Assembly: GCA_047495785.1 (NCBI GenBank)
Contig: JBLDXI010000029.1
Location: forward strand, 620,001-684,000
Length of the DNA stretch: 64,000 nt
Direction of reading: 5' to 3'
From: Lepidodermella squamata
Lineage: Eukaryota > Animalia > Gastrotricha
Under the pieces are notes generated by a model. It worked only from the letters and a program-made list of their open reading frames with translations, made no database searches and was not told where the DNA came from. Shown piece after piece: positions 24,057 through 40,769 of this stretch (position 1 is the stretch's first letter; each line of letters begins with the position of its first letter). Both the position numbers and the translations under genes were made by a program.

Positions 24057-25328
24057 CTAGTAAAAAGAGAATAATAGCGAGTCGTCATCGGACGACGGGC
24101 CGTACAGCGCCGCTGCGAGGTCTTGATCATCTTGCGAACTCGACTGACCATCCTCGTCACCGACTTCACAGCAGAGGGGGACTTCAGTAAGTGCTTCAAC
24201 AGGCAAGCTATCAGGGGTGAAACCGTTAGCCAGGAACGGGCCTTGCAAAATCTCGCTGCAAGTCGGCCGAGACGCCGGATTGCGGGCGAGAAGAGACAGC
24301 AAAAGGCTCGCGACATCTTGACGATCAGTCGGCAGAGCGAATTGGCCAAGCATGATGCGATTCATGATTTGAACCTGCGTATTGCCGGCGTGCAGGTCGT
24401 TTTTCGACGCCAGAAACGGCGACTGGCCGTACAACAGCGAATAGATCAAACATCCAATTGCCCAAATGTCGATAGGGAACGAGTAGCCTTCCTTCGTCAG
24501 CATTTCCGGGGACATGAAGGCCAAAGTTCCGCAGACAGAGCGCTTCAGCTCGCCGGCGTATTCGACCTTGGTAGCCAGGCCGAAGTCGCCGAGTTTCAGC
24601 TCCATGGTTGCCGTTAACATGAAGTTGGCAGGCTTCAGATCTCGGTGGATGATCCGCTTGTTGTCGTGCAGGTAGCCGACAGCTTGGCAGATCTGTCGCA
24701 GAAAGTAACGAACTTCCGGGACGGAGATATGGCCCCTCCGCTCCAAAAGATCCGCTAAAGTCTGCAAAAACACATTTAGCTCCAAAAGATATCCTCACGG
24801 GAAAACTTACTCCATTCGGACACAATTCCATGATAAGGTAGGCATTGTTGGTGTCTTCGAAGGTTTCGAACAGATGGACGATGTTGGGGTGTTTTCCAGC
24901 GATACGATGGAGGCTGAGCTCGTCTTGCAGGCATGGGAACGATTTGGTGATGGTTTTGCAGGCATAAGTAGATACCTGGCGATCGGTCTCGTCATCGCCA
25001 TTTTGCAGCTTCGTGACAGCGAAACATTTACCGAAGTTTCCCTAAATAAAAAAAAACATTCGTTAATAATGTCCCAAGATGTCCCAATTTTAAATGGCCA
25101 TTTTTAAATTAATTGATTAAATAAAAAAATATAAATAAATATTCATGAACTAATTAATAAAGGATTATAAAATACTTTTGAGAGAATGATTCGTACCCTG
25201 CCAAGAAGTCGGTCTCGGTGGTAAGCCGAGCCGGTATTGCTGTTCAAAAGCAGCGATGGCACGACGCCGCAATCCTTGAGGGGATCACTCGCGTCGCCAT
25301 CGTATTTCCGATTGAGCTCAGGCAGCAT
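24057..25328 (-). CDS. Polo-like Ser/Thr kinase, catalytic domain only (exons 25328-25197, 25041-24811, 24761-24057; about 355 aa)
   Basis: LGRGNFGKCF (PLK Gly-loop Cys), YACK, MELC, IIHRDLK, GDFGLAT, KRSVCGT, and the PLK post-kinase motif PFLANGFTPDSLP, followed by an acidic tail and stop. Confidence 0.85.
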
Positions 25329-26338
25329 ATCGATGATTCAAGAAGTAGGTTGTCGTCCAGAAGTACTCGAAGGTTACTTGTTGAAGGAGCCATTTTTGTT
25401 AGTTTTCGGGACGGCTTGAAGCGCGTCGAAGGTAAGTCGGTTAAAACGAGAAAAAGCTAAGCGGCGGATGCCGGCTCGAGAGCGCGTTGGTGCGAGAAAT
25501 TAATTGCTAATATTACTCCATGTTCGTAGTGTGCTTGAAAAGAAGTGAATGAGCCAGTGCTGACCATAGCAGCGCCGCCCTGTTTTGGACTTTGGACCCT
25601 TGTGGCGTGATACACACTACTGCTACGCTACGCAAATAAGCCCATTCATCACGTGAAATAGCCATGTACTGCTATCATAACTGCTATGGTATTATTATGG
25701 ATTTTCACAGCTTGTTACGCCACTTCGTGTTGTATTTTTTTCGATATCAATCAACAACAAAAGTGATTCATCAAGGCGTGGGAAGATTAACCTTGAAAAA
25801 TTTCAAAAAACTGCGGAAAACTCCTCAAGAAAGAATACCAGAAAGAACATCTTATAGTATCTCCTATTTTTTCGATTTTATTACATTCCTGAAAACCAAA
25901 TGAGTTTTAAAAATTGGAGCAGACTTTTGTTGTAATTATAGAAAAAAATACGATTCGTTATAAAAAAACTAAGCAAAAAATATCGTTCCGGCGTCAGGAT
26001 TTGAACCTGGGATGTGCAAAAAAATGCTGAAAGAAGTTATTGTGAATATGCAAATTAATTTACATTCTCTCGTGATTTTCATCGCTTAAGGACTCCATTG
26101 AATTTACAGTTTAATTACACTCTGGTTTCCGCGCAAAACGTACAAATCTTTCGCCTTTTACTAAAGATTTCCGTGCGTGGGAACATTCAATGAGCCTTCG
26201 GGCGATTTCTTGGGCTTCTCCTAGAAGAGAAGCGAAATTCAATAAAAAAAATGACTGATTGTGTTTTTCACATTAATTCTTGTCAATATTTATATAAATT
26301 ATTACAGACCAGAGTGTTTGCCGAACTATTGTCAGGAA

Positions 26339-26411
26339 GGTTCGGTGGTGTAGTGGTTATCACATCTGCCTAACACGCAGAAGGTCGCCGGTTCAATCCC
26401 GGCCCGAATCA
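26339..26411 (+). tRNA. tRNA-Val (AAC)
   Basis: GGTTCGGTGGTGTAGTGGTTATCACATCTGCCTAACACGCAGAAGGTCGCCGGTTCAATCCCGGCCCGAATCA, followed by a poly-T terminator. Confidence 0.95.
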
Positions 26412-26705
26412 GCCAATGTTTTTAATTTTTCGTTTTATTTATTTTTCAATTTCAAAATTCGACCCATTTAACAGTTCAAAGTTGAAGCGGACTGTTGACA
26501 CATTTTTATCACGCCTGTCAACTTGCATTCACGTGAAGCGTTGTTGAGGTCACTCGCCAGCATCAGCTGATTAACCAGGGTCACTGTCACCAATGCCTAT
26601 TTAACAACCCGCCGAGCTACCGCAGAAATCATCAACCGTCGCTTTATTTCAATTAATTAATAAATCATCTGATTATTTCTCATTAAAATTCTTCTCAACG
26701 AGAAA

Positions 26706-27065
26706 ATGGCTTCTGCTCAACAAGCTAACAACGTTATTTTGGCCGTCGATCTTCGCCTACCTGGCTACCAGCCTGAGCAAGTCAGCGTCAAAGTTCAGCC
26801 TGATACCAGCAGCGTTGTAGTCAGCGCTTCTTCAGCTCGTCGCTCGCGCCACGAAGTCTCAAGCTGCAACTCAATGCTGGTCAGCCGTTCTTTCCAGAAG
26901 ACCTTCGAACTTCCTCAGGTGGGATTATTTTCAAAATTTTCGAATTTTTTTATTATTTTTTATTGATAGAATCTAACACGCGATCAACTTTCGCATCTCA
27001 AGCCAGCAATCAATCAGAAGCAGGACGGTCTTTTCACCGTCATGCTGCTTGCAAGTGACAATTGA
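26706..27065 (+). CDS. Minimal small heat-shock (HSP20/alpha-crystallin-like) protein, about 102 aa (intron 26919-26969)
   Basis: LPGYQPEQVSVKV, VSRSFQKTFELP and DGLFTV correspond to alpha-crystallin domain strands. AATAAA near 27174. Confidence 0.72.
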
Positions 27066-27973
27066 ACGGTCGGAAATGCATTCAATACTTAGTACCTATC
27101 TAATGAATATTAATTACCTCTACTGTTGACTGATCTTGGCTATGAAGCTTTTTTCGCTAGCATTTTCAATGGCAATAAAATGTACGAGATGAAAAAGATA
27201 TTGTTTTTCTTCGTGTTTCAGGTCAACTTCTGAAAGTATCATTTTTTAGTTCCTGCGAGCGAAATGAAGGGGGAAATGAAGAGCCAACGAAAAGAAAGGC
27301 CTTAATAAGTAAATCATGACGAATGAGCAAATGTTCATAGAGAAAATTAAATTATTATTATTAAAATCGCCTCGCAGGAATATTACCTGATTGGTGGCAC
27401 GCGCGGATCAGATATTTTTTGCGAAGAACAAACAAAAAGAAAACCACTCTCCAGAAAAATAGTAAAAATGTGGCTATTCAACAAACTAATGATTTCAACA
27501 AAATAGGATTTTTGGATTCGCTCCATCTCAATTGGAACGCACTCTCAGCTTATACTTTTGCAGCTAAAATGATCAAAAATATTTAAAAAAAATTGAAGCT
27601 ATTTTTGTTGCTCGTACATATGAAAGAACTAAATAGCTAATATTGGAATATTCAGCCTCTAACCCTAGCACCTATATGAGCGGCAACAATCGCGTAAATT
27701 CCGTAAAAAATGTCCCATCTATTTACATCTATTTTGCAGCTGAGAATAAGCCAAAACAAAACAGAATCCATCGCAAATCATCTTTTATTTGTTTTTATTT
27801 ATCACAATTCGGTCAACAGGGGTTGATTCAAGTTGAATGAAGCCGCAATTGATCATTGAGTTAAGATCACTTATCGTATCACTGATATAAGGGTACAGAT
27901 TACAAGGTCGACGTGGTAGGTCCTATCCATTTGAATTGACCATGAACTATATAGTTGCTCAGGTGGTCGAGAA

Positions 27974-29077
27974 TTACGCAGCAACTTCAGCTTCTTTGCT
28001 TTCCTCCTCGAACTCGCCCTCCTCCTCGGCGGTGGCGTCCTGGCACTGCTGGTACTCAGAGACAAGATCGTTCATGTTCGACTCGGCCTCAGTGAATTCC
28101 ATCTCGTCCATGCCCTCACCAGTGTACAAGTGCAAGAGAGCCTTGCGACTGAATAAGACCGTGAACTGTTCGGAGACACGCTTGAACAGGTCCTGGATAG
28201 CCGTCGAGTTACCGATGAAGGCGACTGACATCTTGAGGCCACGCGGCGGGATGTCGCACACGGCGGTCTTCACGTTGTTCGGGATCCATTCGACGAAGTA
28301 CGACGAGTTCTTGTTTTGAACGTTCAGCATCTGCTCGTCGACTTCCTTCATCGACATGCGGCCGCGGAAGAAGGCAGCGACTGTCAAGTAACGACCTGAG
28401 ACCACGAGGCGGGATTTCGCACACAGCGTTCTTTACGTTGTTTGAAATCCCTTTGACGAAGTAAGATGCGTTCTCGTTGAGATGAATTCGCATCTGCTCC
28501 TCGGCTTCCGTTATTGAAATGCGGCCGCGGAAGAAGGCAGAGACTGCCAGGTAACGACCGTGACGAGGATCGCAGGCAGCCATTATGTTCTTGGCATCGA
28601 ACATTTGTTGGGTCAGCTCCGGAACAGTCACCCATCGGTATGAGCTACGAACAGTCAAAGGAGCGAAGCAGGTATGAAAAAGTGAAGACGCGGGAATGGG
28701 ACCATGTTAACAGCCAACTTGCGGAGATCAGAGTTGAGCTGACCCGGGAATCGCAAGCTCGGTGTCACACCGGACATGGTCGCGGAGACTAGATGATTAA
28801 GATACGTCGGGCTATTCCCACAAGCAGGATTCAACTTCATCGTACGGAAGGCGATATCGTAAAGCGCTTCGTTATCAAAGCAGAAGGTTGCGTCGCTGTT
28901 TCCCATGAGTTGATGGACAGAGAGGATGGCATTGTAGGGCTCGACGGCAACGTCCGAGACCTTGGGCGAAGGAAAGATCGAGAAGGTGGTCATGATGCGG
29001 TCGGGGTATTCCTCGCGGATCTTGGAGATCGTCCAACCGCATTGTCCAACTTGTAAATGAACAATTTCGCGCTGCAT
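27974..29077 (-). pseudogene. Rearranged beta-tubulin copy (N-terminal deletion, frameshift, 163-nt internal duplication, lacks the parental intron)
   Basis: [14 protein letters not shown] is fused directly to ISKIREEYP. There is a 1-nt deletion after FFIP. GRYL...PPRGL is present twice. [10 protein letters not shown] is uninterrupted. The 3'UTR resembles that of the gene ending at 38827. Confidence 0.88.
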
Positions 29078-30122
29078 GATTGATAGTGAGGCGAAGATTA
29101 CGACACAACTTCGTCCATGGACTAATCGAAGACCGTCTAGTTGTTACTAAATATTTCGCATGAAGTTGAATTTTACGAATTTCGGCTCGAATTTGATAGC
29201 CAACGAGTAATTTATTGCTAAAAAATTTTGAGACTGGTAATTGATTAAATAATTATTACCTCCGTTTAATTAAATTATTATGACCTCCGTAACCCAGCCA
29301 AAATTTACGAACACGGATCACCAAGCGCCATAACTGAAAATTGCAATAGATTTGGCGAAAACTGGAAAATCTCCGTATAAATCCGTATAAATCAGTGTTT
29401 TCCTCAGCTTGTTACACATGTTACAATGTAAAAACCGATCGGACCGAATGTAGGTAACAACCAAAATCGAAGTAACGCCTGGAAATGACTGCTGCAACCT
29501 CGTTTTTAAGAGGTTTCGGGGCCTTTTCTAGTAAAAAATTCTCAAAATTTCCTCGCTTCGCTCATATTCCAGTTAACTACCAAAAAATCGTTTGTAACAA
29601 CCAATCGTTTGCTTAAAAAAACCCCCAATATATATTTCTCTCAGTGAAATAAGGAATCGTTTATTATGTGACATCAAATTCGGGGCGAAATTGGTAAAGT
29701 TCAATTTCATGCGAAATATTTCAGAGTAAAGAAGGGCGCAGTACCTATAGAAGAAATTACCCTTATTCGAGCTGAATAAGAATTTGTCAGAGGGGTTAGT
29801 ACGCTATTAGAGCGTAGTCAACCCGATTTTTTGACGCAACAAAATCGATAAGGGATAACAAAAACGATGCTCTATGCGGCACGTCTCATTTAGCACTTTA
29901 CGTTAAAGTCTAATATCGCGCTATGAAAATTCGCTGATTAGAGCACTGCTTCAATGCAAATCGCACGATTTCTAATTTTGAGTTTTTCCACTTCGAACGC
30001 GTGCGTTTTTCTAACTCGTACGTCTACTTCATTCGTTTGTGCGCGTACATAAAATCTCATTCATTATACAGCAACGTTTTTCTTTACGCACAGCACATAT
30101 TTTATTACTAAATATTTTATTA

Positions 30123-30252
30123 CCGTAAAATCCATATTAGAAGGCAGAACCTAAATAAAAGGCAGGCCCGTTTATACGGCAGAGGGTAGAGGTCGATTGT
30201 TTGAAATAAAGGGCAGACCCGAAATACAGGGCAGTGGCCTTTTATCGGACAC
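30123..30252. mobile_element. Degenerate pogo-like MITE relic
   Basis: Starts TA-CCGTAAAATCC, contains repeated AAATA(A/C)A(A/G)GGCAG units, ends GGACACG-TA. Confidence 0.35.
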
Positions 30253-31575
30253 GTAAGCGAGAACACTAATGCAAGGCGAGGTGATAGTCAATGCAGCAGA
30301 AAGTTCGATTGAGATGAGGTCAAAAGTGAGGTGAAAAAATACCCATATGAATATAGTGCCCAAGACTGTTCATTTTTAGATGAATTGAAAAAAAACAGCT
30401 TAAATTTTAATTATTCAAAATGTTCAGTAAAAAATGTCACTTGGGCTTAAATAGAGGTCACGGCGGATCAAATCAAATTTGACTGATGAAGCATCGTTAT
30501 CGCGCTTTTAATAGGACTCCGTCGCGCTCTTCCTGTTTTCATGTTAGACACCGTGGTTCGATTCATCATGCAGGTATCCATTAATATGCCGACGATAAGT
30601 ATTGTTTTCAGAATATCATCTTTTAGCGGATTCAAAATTGACTGCGGCGGCTTCAAATTTCAAACTTTTGGCACCAAACACGCAAACTTATAAAATGTGC
30701 CGTTATTTTGGAATATTTCTCATAAATAACCACTGCTTTGCACTTCGCATTATGAAAGTGAGGATCAAGCCTTATACAGAAAATCAAGAATAATTAATTT
30801 GATAATTTTTTCGAATTTTTTTAGATTTTTCGTGAAATTTATGAAATTCCATAAAAAATATTTTTGGGCAAATTAATTGTTCAAAATTAGGTTCCGCCTC
30901 CGGTCAACTTCGTTCCGCCAACGGCAAGACCCATTTTTAATGTGTTTTAATATTTTTTCACCCGGAATCGAATATCGTCCTGATTCATCACCATTTTGCG
31001 CGTGGTTATTGAGTGATTTTTTGCTAGACTGATTTGATGAACTAGTATTCTAAGTCAGGCCATTGACGTCCATTTTTATCCACGCACATTGAAAAATCGC
31101 GAAATTGGACATGGGACTTTGATCCTCGGCGAGTTTCGACATGCGGTTATCAGATTATTTACCAGGCGAGTATGGAACTGTATACATATCAATGCGTAAT
31201 CTCAATTAGATGAAAATAGGACTATCATATTATAATTGTCGCCCGCACGGCAATTTGTGCGATATCGGCCTTTGATAGTCTTGGTGAGTGCAAAATATTG
31301 CCGTTTTTTGTCTTTATTAAAGGTGTCAGATAGTGTTATTTGAACACGCCAGGTGTTGCCAGAATTTGTATTTCCCGCCGTTCGCCGTTGCGAGTGTGTA
31401 TAGATAGCGGCGTACGAATATCGTAACATTCGGCAACTAGTAGTTCGCCCGGAAACTTCGATTTTCACCTTGCTAATTGCATTTAACATCGGAATTAATA
31501 ACATATTCATACGCCCCTGCAGTAGTACTAATTATTTGCACCGAAAATTTTCGAAAATTGATCAACATTCGCCGC

Positions 31576-31636
31576 GTTGCTATGTGTCATCATGGCAATA
31601 GCGAAATCGCTTGTGTGCTGCTAAGGGGTATATAAG
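31576..31636 (+). promoter_or_regulatory. Alpha-tubulin promoter: RFX X-box-like sites and TATA box
   Basis: GTTGCTATG at 31576, GTCATCATGGCAAT at 31586 and TATATAAG at 31629; ATG at 31762. Confidence 0.55.
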
Positions 31637-31746
31637 CCACTTTTTATGCAGAAATAAAGCACCATCAACATTTTATCTGCTGCTTGAGCCTCATTTGGTA
31701 ACGTGCAGTTGAATTTTAATAGCTTTTGGTATTTCTTCTTGAATAA

Positions 31747-33725
<1,979 letters not shown>

Positions 33726-34162
33726 ACAACAACAACTCGGCTATACTCGACTGACGTTCAATTTGTTAGGCCATTGTGTGATTATTATGATGATGCATTG
33801 GCTAAACGATATTTGATAATTCTTAACATTTAAATAAAACGAGCTTGCTTGCAGAAACATCTTCAGTTTTTATTCGGGTGTTGCAATTTTATCAAATCAA
33901 AGAGATAGAGAGCGATTCGACCAATAACTGCCATTCCCCCCGGATAGAAATGTTGTGCTGCATTTCTGATGCGGGAACGTGATTTTCCCGAGCTATACCT
34001 GCGCCACACTGATTTGAGATGAAATCGCATGAGCGCATCGAGTGCGGCGCAGTGATAAAAGCGACAAGTCGTAATTTATTGCCTCGGCTGAGGCTTCAAA
34101 CGCTTTTTCAAACAATTTCTCGAAATTTGAGGAGGTTGTGACGCAGAAATCAAAGGCTGAAA

Positions 34163-34904
34163 CATAGCAACGGTTGCCAAGGAGTTGGTTATCGTCACAT
34201 GCGAGATTTGTTATTGCCTTAGCTTTTTACCTGACATTTCAATATCCGCAGAATGCAGTAGTATCACAGAATTTCCCGGCCGAGAAACGTCAGTTACTGA
34301 GATTTTTTAAATTGCTTTACCTTGAAAAGAGGACAAGCATAGAATAAATGTAGGTCAACGGGCTTGTCAACCGAAGAACCGAAGAACCGACGAACCGAAA
34401 AATCTTCCTCGCGCAAGAGCCAAGAGACTCAAAAGCCCTTGCTCTATTTTCGTTGCACAATTTTCGTTTGCTCAATTATTAGCATAGAACCAATTTTAAG
34501 CTACAAAAACAAGCTAAAATTGCGGACTTTTAGATTATTTTTCTCAATTTATGGGAAAGATTTTCAATTTTTTTATTTATTTTCCCGCCTGTCTTAGAAT
34601 TTCCAATATTTTTTCAGAAACACAATTCTTTGACGATATTGCTGCAAACTAATAGCCTGAAATTTTCGAAATCTGAAATTCCCGTCCAATAATTTAGAAA
34701 TCTATCTCAGTTTTGATTGATTGTACACATTGAAGTCGGCGTCGTGAAGTGGACAATTTTTTCTAGTTCAATCAGAATTGCCCAGCGACCTCTGTGACCC
34801 CGAGCTGAACAAGCGACCTCGTTGCTAATGACAGCTTAAAAATGATCAATGCCGCCGTTGTGCGTAGAAAACTCCGTCGATAGCAACCGTGCTCTGTTGC
34901 CATG
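34163..34904. promoter_or_regulatory. Cluster of RFX X-box-like half and full sites between alpha- and beta-tubulin
   Basis: CATAGCAAC at 34163, GTTGCCAAGGA at 34173, GTTGCTAATGACAGC at 34821, GATAGCAAC at 34879, GTTGCCATG at 34896. Confidence 0.45.
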
Positions 34905-35676
34905 CGCATCTCTCGAGAGACCACCATTTTTTTGCAACCGGTAAAATTTGCCGTAAAATTACTTCAAATGTCGATTCTTGTGACAAAAAAGGCGAGAAAA
35001 ATACGAAAAAAGTTATACAAAACCTAGGTGAGGCATTGGGTCGGAAATTGTCATGTTTCCGATATCGTCAAGTCTCGGACAGCTCCTGGACTCAGTTCGA
35101 TGTTCAGTTAGTGTATTCAACTTGAAATCAACTGGGCTAAAAATGACCCGAAATGACACGCAAAATGACAGTCGAGATCCCAGCTCCCAGCACCTTCTGT
35201 TAAAAGCTCAACAATTGATAAAAAAAGTACACCGAACGAATTATTATCATCATCGCCGGTCTTGCGGCGGCTATCAAAATGGACATGATAATAAACTGGT
35301 GTTACGATTATGGACGCCCTCGAGTGGCGATGAGACGTAACGGGCGGTGTTTTTCTACCTGGCTAACATTTATCTCGAGAGTTTTTCCCACAGATAAAAT
35401 AATATCAACTGACGATGCAAAAAAATGGAGAAATTTAAAATTATTAATTATCGCCCAGTAATGCATTAGTCTACAATTTTCAGGAATTTGACGATTAATA
35501 ATCAGGAAATCAAAAATAAATTGTCAAATATTTTGCTTGGTTTTCTTTCAAGTTTTCAATTTTAGGACAACGTGTAATAAAGTGTTAGGCATTTTGGCGC
35601 GAGTTTTGCCGCCGGCGTGTTGATCCACGTGCTAACCGGGGTCGTAAATGTTGCTGTCTGGAAAATTTACGTTAAA

Positions 35677-35755
35677 GGCCTGGGCATCGTCGAACCCTGG
35701 ACCTGTTAATTGCGAGCAGTCACGCAGCTCAGACCAGCGAGTTGTAAAACCAGGC
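35677..35755 (-). other. Degenerate tRNA-like sequence (pseudo-tRNA or SINE head)
   Basis: A-box-like CTCGCTGGTCTGAG and B-box-like GGGTTCGAC at tRNA spacing, but no intact cloverleaf. Confidence 0.3.
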
Positions 35756-36492
35756 ACGGCCTATTCTGAATAAGCTGTTGAGAGCACGCGATCATATTAT
35801 TATTATTATTACGCACAGTGGTTAGATGAATGATAATCGAACAACATCAGCCTTTTATGCGGCCAGTCTCATTTTAAGCTGTAATTCCCGGTTTAAATCC
35901 GAGCCTAATTTCCGGTTTTATTCATCTTCCCTCGAGATGAAATTACGCTACCTGGGCAATTTTTTTCAAATAAAACTTGCTCAGCGGGTGGCAGCTGTTA
36001 AAATGTTGATGTTACAGAGAGATCGATATGGCCCAGCGCTGGTGATGACACGCGGCAAAAAAGCAAGCTGGCCCTGTATGGCACGCGGTCGTAGTGTGTT
36101 TTTTGCCGCGTGCCACACGCAGCCACAGTGCACCAGCAGCACGTGACGCTACGCGATTCATTGTTCACAATAACCGTCTCGACGTATTCACTTCACACTA
36201 TAGCTCTATTATTAATTTCATTTTCGGCAGAAACGAGTTCTTTCACAGTAGTATTTACTCTCTGGCTTCGGAAGCAAATTGATTGGAGGCCTGAAGCTTC
36301 ATAAGCCAGCATTCATTTATTATTCAAAACATCTATTTGAACCTATTTTATTTTTTTTAATTCAACCACCTTTGCATCTATGATGTCTGTAAATATTGCT
36401 GTCTCAATGACCTCTAACCATTTAATTTTAGTCGTGCATAGGGCTATACATTTTACATAAATTGTTTCATCTTCGGCGTTTCATCTTCCGAA

Positions 36493-38827
<2,335 letters not shown>

Positions 38828-40163
38828 TAAATCTCGACCAGCTAAAGCTTGTTATGATGTGATCTATACCATCCGCATCCATCACTTATCTGCCTTTACT
38901 CGCGGCACACCCTGTTATAGCCCCTTTGCATGCAACAAAAAATACTGATGACTTTATTTGACTTGAATCAAATCTTTTATTCGCAAAATGGATCAAAACC
39001 CTGTTTTGACAAAAGTTTGATGGAAGTAAAAATCAAAGGACTCATTGGCGGTGGTGTTGTTTTTAACTTGAGTTGTTGTTGCTATAAGGAATTCCTATGG
39101 AATTATTATAGATTTGATCGATAGTTTTCGGACTTTCGAGATTCGAGAGGAAGCTAGATGAAGCTAACAGTGGGTTCCGACAGATGAAAATTAGCCAAAA
39201 CAGTCTTTATTTTTAGAACAATTTCTGAAATTACCTTGAATGTAAATTTGAGAATAGCTTTTTCGAAGGGCCGAGTCTATAAAAATGTTTGCAAAATTGA
39301 CCCCGTTAACAAGATTATTCGGTTATTTTGCAAAAAACCACGTTATTTCTTGATAAATTAGATTTTAATTTTAAATTATTAAATTTAGAAAATCATATTC
39401 TCATCGTTGAAGGAATTTTGTTTATACCAAATTATAGGACGATTTTCCAACAGTTTTTATTGAGCTCGTGACACGTGAACAAGGCTGTATGGACGATAAT
39501 TTTATCGGGGACTAGCATTTTTTTTATGAAATAACAACTGAAATCGACGCGAAAACCTAGCAACAGTCGTCAAGTAAATTGCAACTTTCACCCTTGCTCA
39601 GAAAAGGTCTCATTTCTCACCTCGCATTTTCATACACTTTTTTTAAAATAAAAAAATGCGAAAAATCTAAAGTGGTACAGAAATATTCACAATAATCGTT
39701 GCGGTTTCGTCTTTGCGTGCGCCATGAACCGCGTAATTTTTCAATCATTTTTTCAATTTAAAACTATCGTCGAAATCTTTGAAAATCCGTTTTTCGTGAA
39801 ATAAAAAAAATAAGTAGAGAAATTTAGGTTGGTTAAGAAGCTCAGAATTTATTTCTGTAAAGTTAATTCCATTCAAGGCTTCTTCGATTATTTTTTCAAC
39901 TCCTAAGATGACTTGCCATCTCCGAAGTCTTACCCAATCCTGGAATCAGACAAGCCCAAACAAGGCTATATTTTAGTTCACGTGTCTGATCATGCCCCAA
40001 GAAATAATAATTACGCATCGCAATAAAGCAGCAGCCATACAGCCTGAGTGTGTGCAATGCATGTCTGTATGCGTGATGTGTGATCGCATCGGCCTCTAAT
40101 GTCTAATGTGTGTAATCATCATCAATGATGAAATACTAGCATCACACTAGTATGTACAAAGCC

Positions 40164-40240
40164 GCTTCACGTGCACGCACTCTGCACTTTTTGCCCGGCT
40201 TCACGTGCTATCATGCCGGCTCTCGTACTACTATATAAAA
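40164..40240 (+). promoter_or_regulatory. sHSP promoter: two GCTTCACGTG E-boxes and a TATA box
   Basis: GCTTCACGTG at 40164 and 40198, TATATAAAA at 40232, ATG at 40336. Confidence 0.55.
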
Positions 40241-40335
40241 CTCTACGCCGGTGGTCTGATTCATCGCCGTATTTATTCCTCACTCTTATATATCTGCACA
40301 AAAGCTAATATCAGATCTCAGAAGTAGCAAAAGAA

Positions 40336-40769
40336 ATGGTCTATAAAACCGATGAATTAATCGAGGGAACTGCCCGATCCAGCCGAGGTCAATCCCTAGC
40401 GACGTGGCAATGGCGGCCGGTGGATTTTATGGCAAATCGGCAAATTCTAACCCTCAGCTTCCCGCTTCGAGGCTTCGCATCGCACGAAGTCGAAGTTTCA
40501 CTCATCGACGATCTGGCGAATGACGACGGGCCGCAATCAGTGATTATCGAAGCGGCGACAAGTCGGCAGTTGGGCCGTGGTGAATTCATCAGCCGATGCT
40601 TTAATCGCCAATTTTGTCTACCTGAGGTAAAAAAAAATTAATCGAATTTTAATTATTTTTTTTAATTGAATTTTCATTTTAGGAAATTGGTTCTTCTCGA
40701 GTTTTGGCAATGCAATCGACGTTAACAGCGGATAGCTTGTTTACAATCGACTTTTATCTGTCATTCTGA
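40336..40769 (+). CDS. Divergent small heat-shock (HSP20/alpha-crystallin-like) protein, about 125 aa (intron 40627-40682)
   Basis: LRGFASHEVEVSL, GEFISRCFNRQFCLP and STLTADSLFTI. Same intron position as the gene at 26706. Confidence 0.75.

Noticed and set aside
23891-24831. Alternative-frame and antisense ORFs of 152-168 aa over the kinase
   Set aside because: By-products of GC-rich coding sequence; they do not encode polo boxes or any recognisable motif.
34365-34400. Short (ACCGAAGA)n tandem, and similar CCGAT-rich patches at 41310-41490
   Set aside because: Probably subterminal repeats of decayed hAT-like elements; ends and TSDs cannot be defined. Not CRISPR-like.
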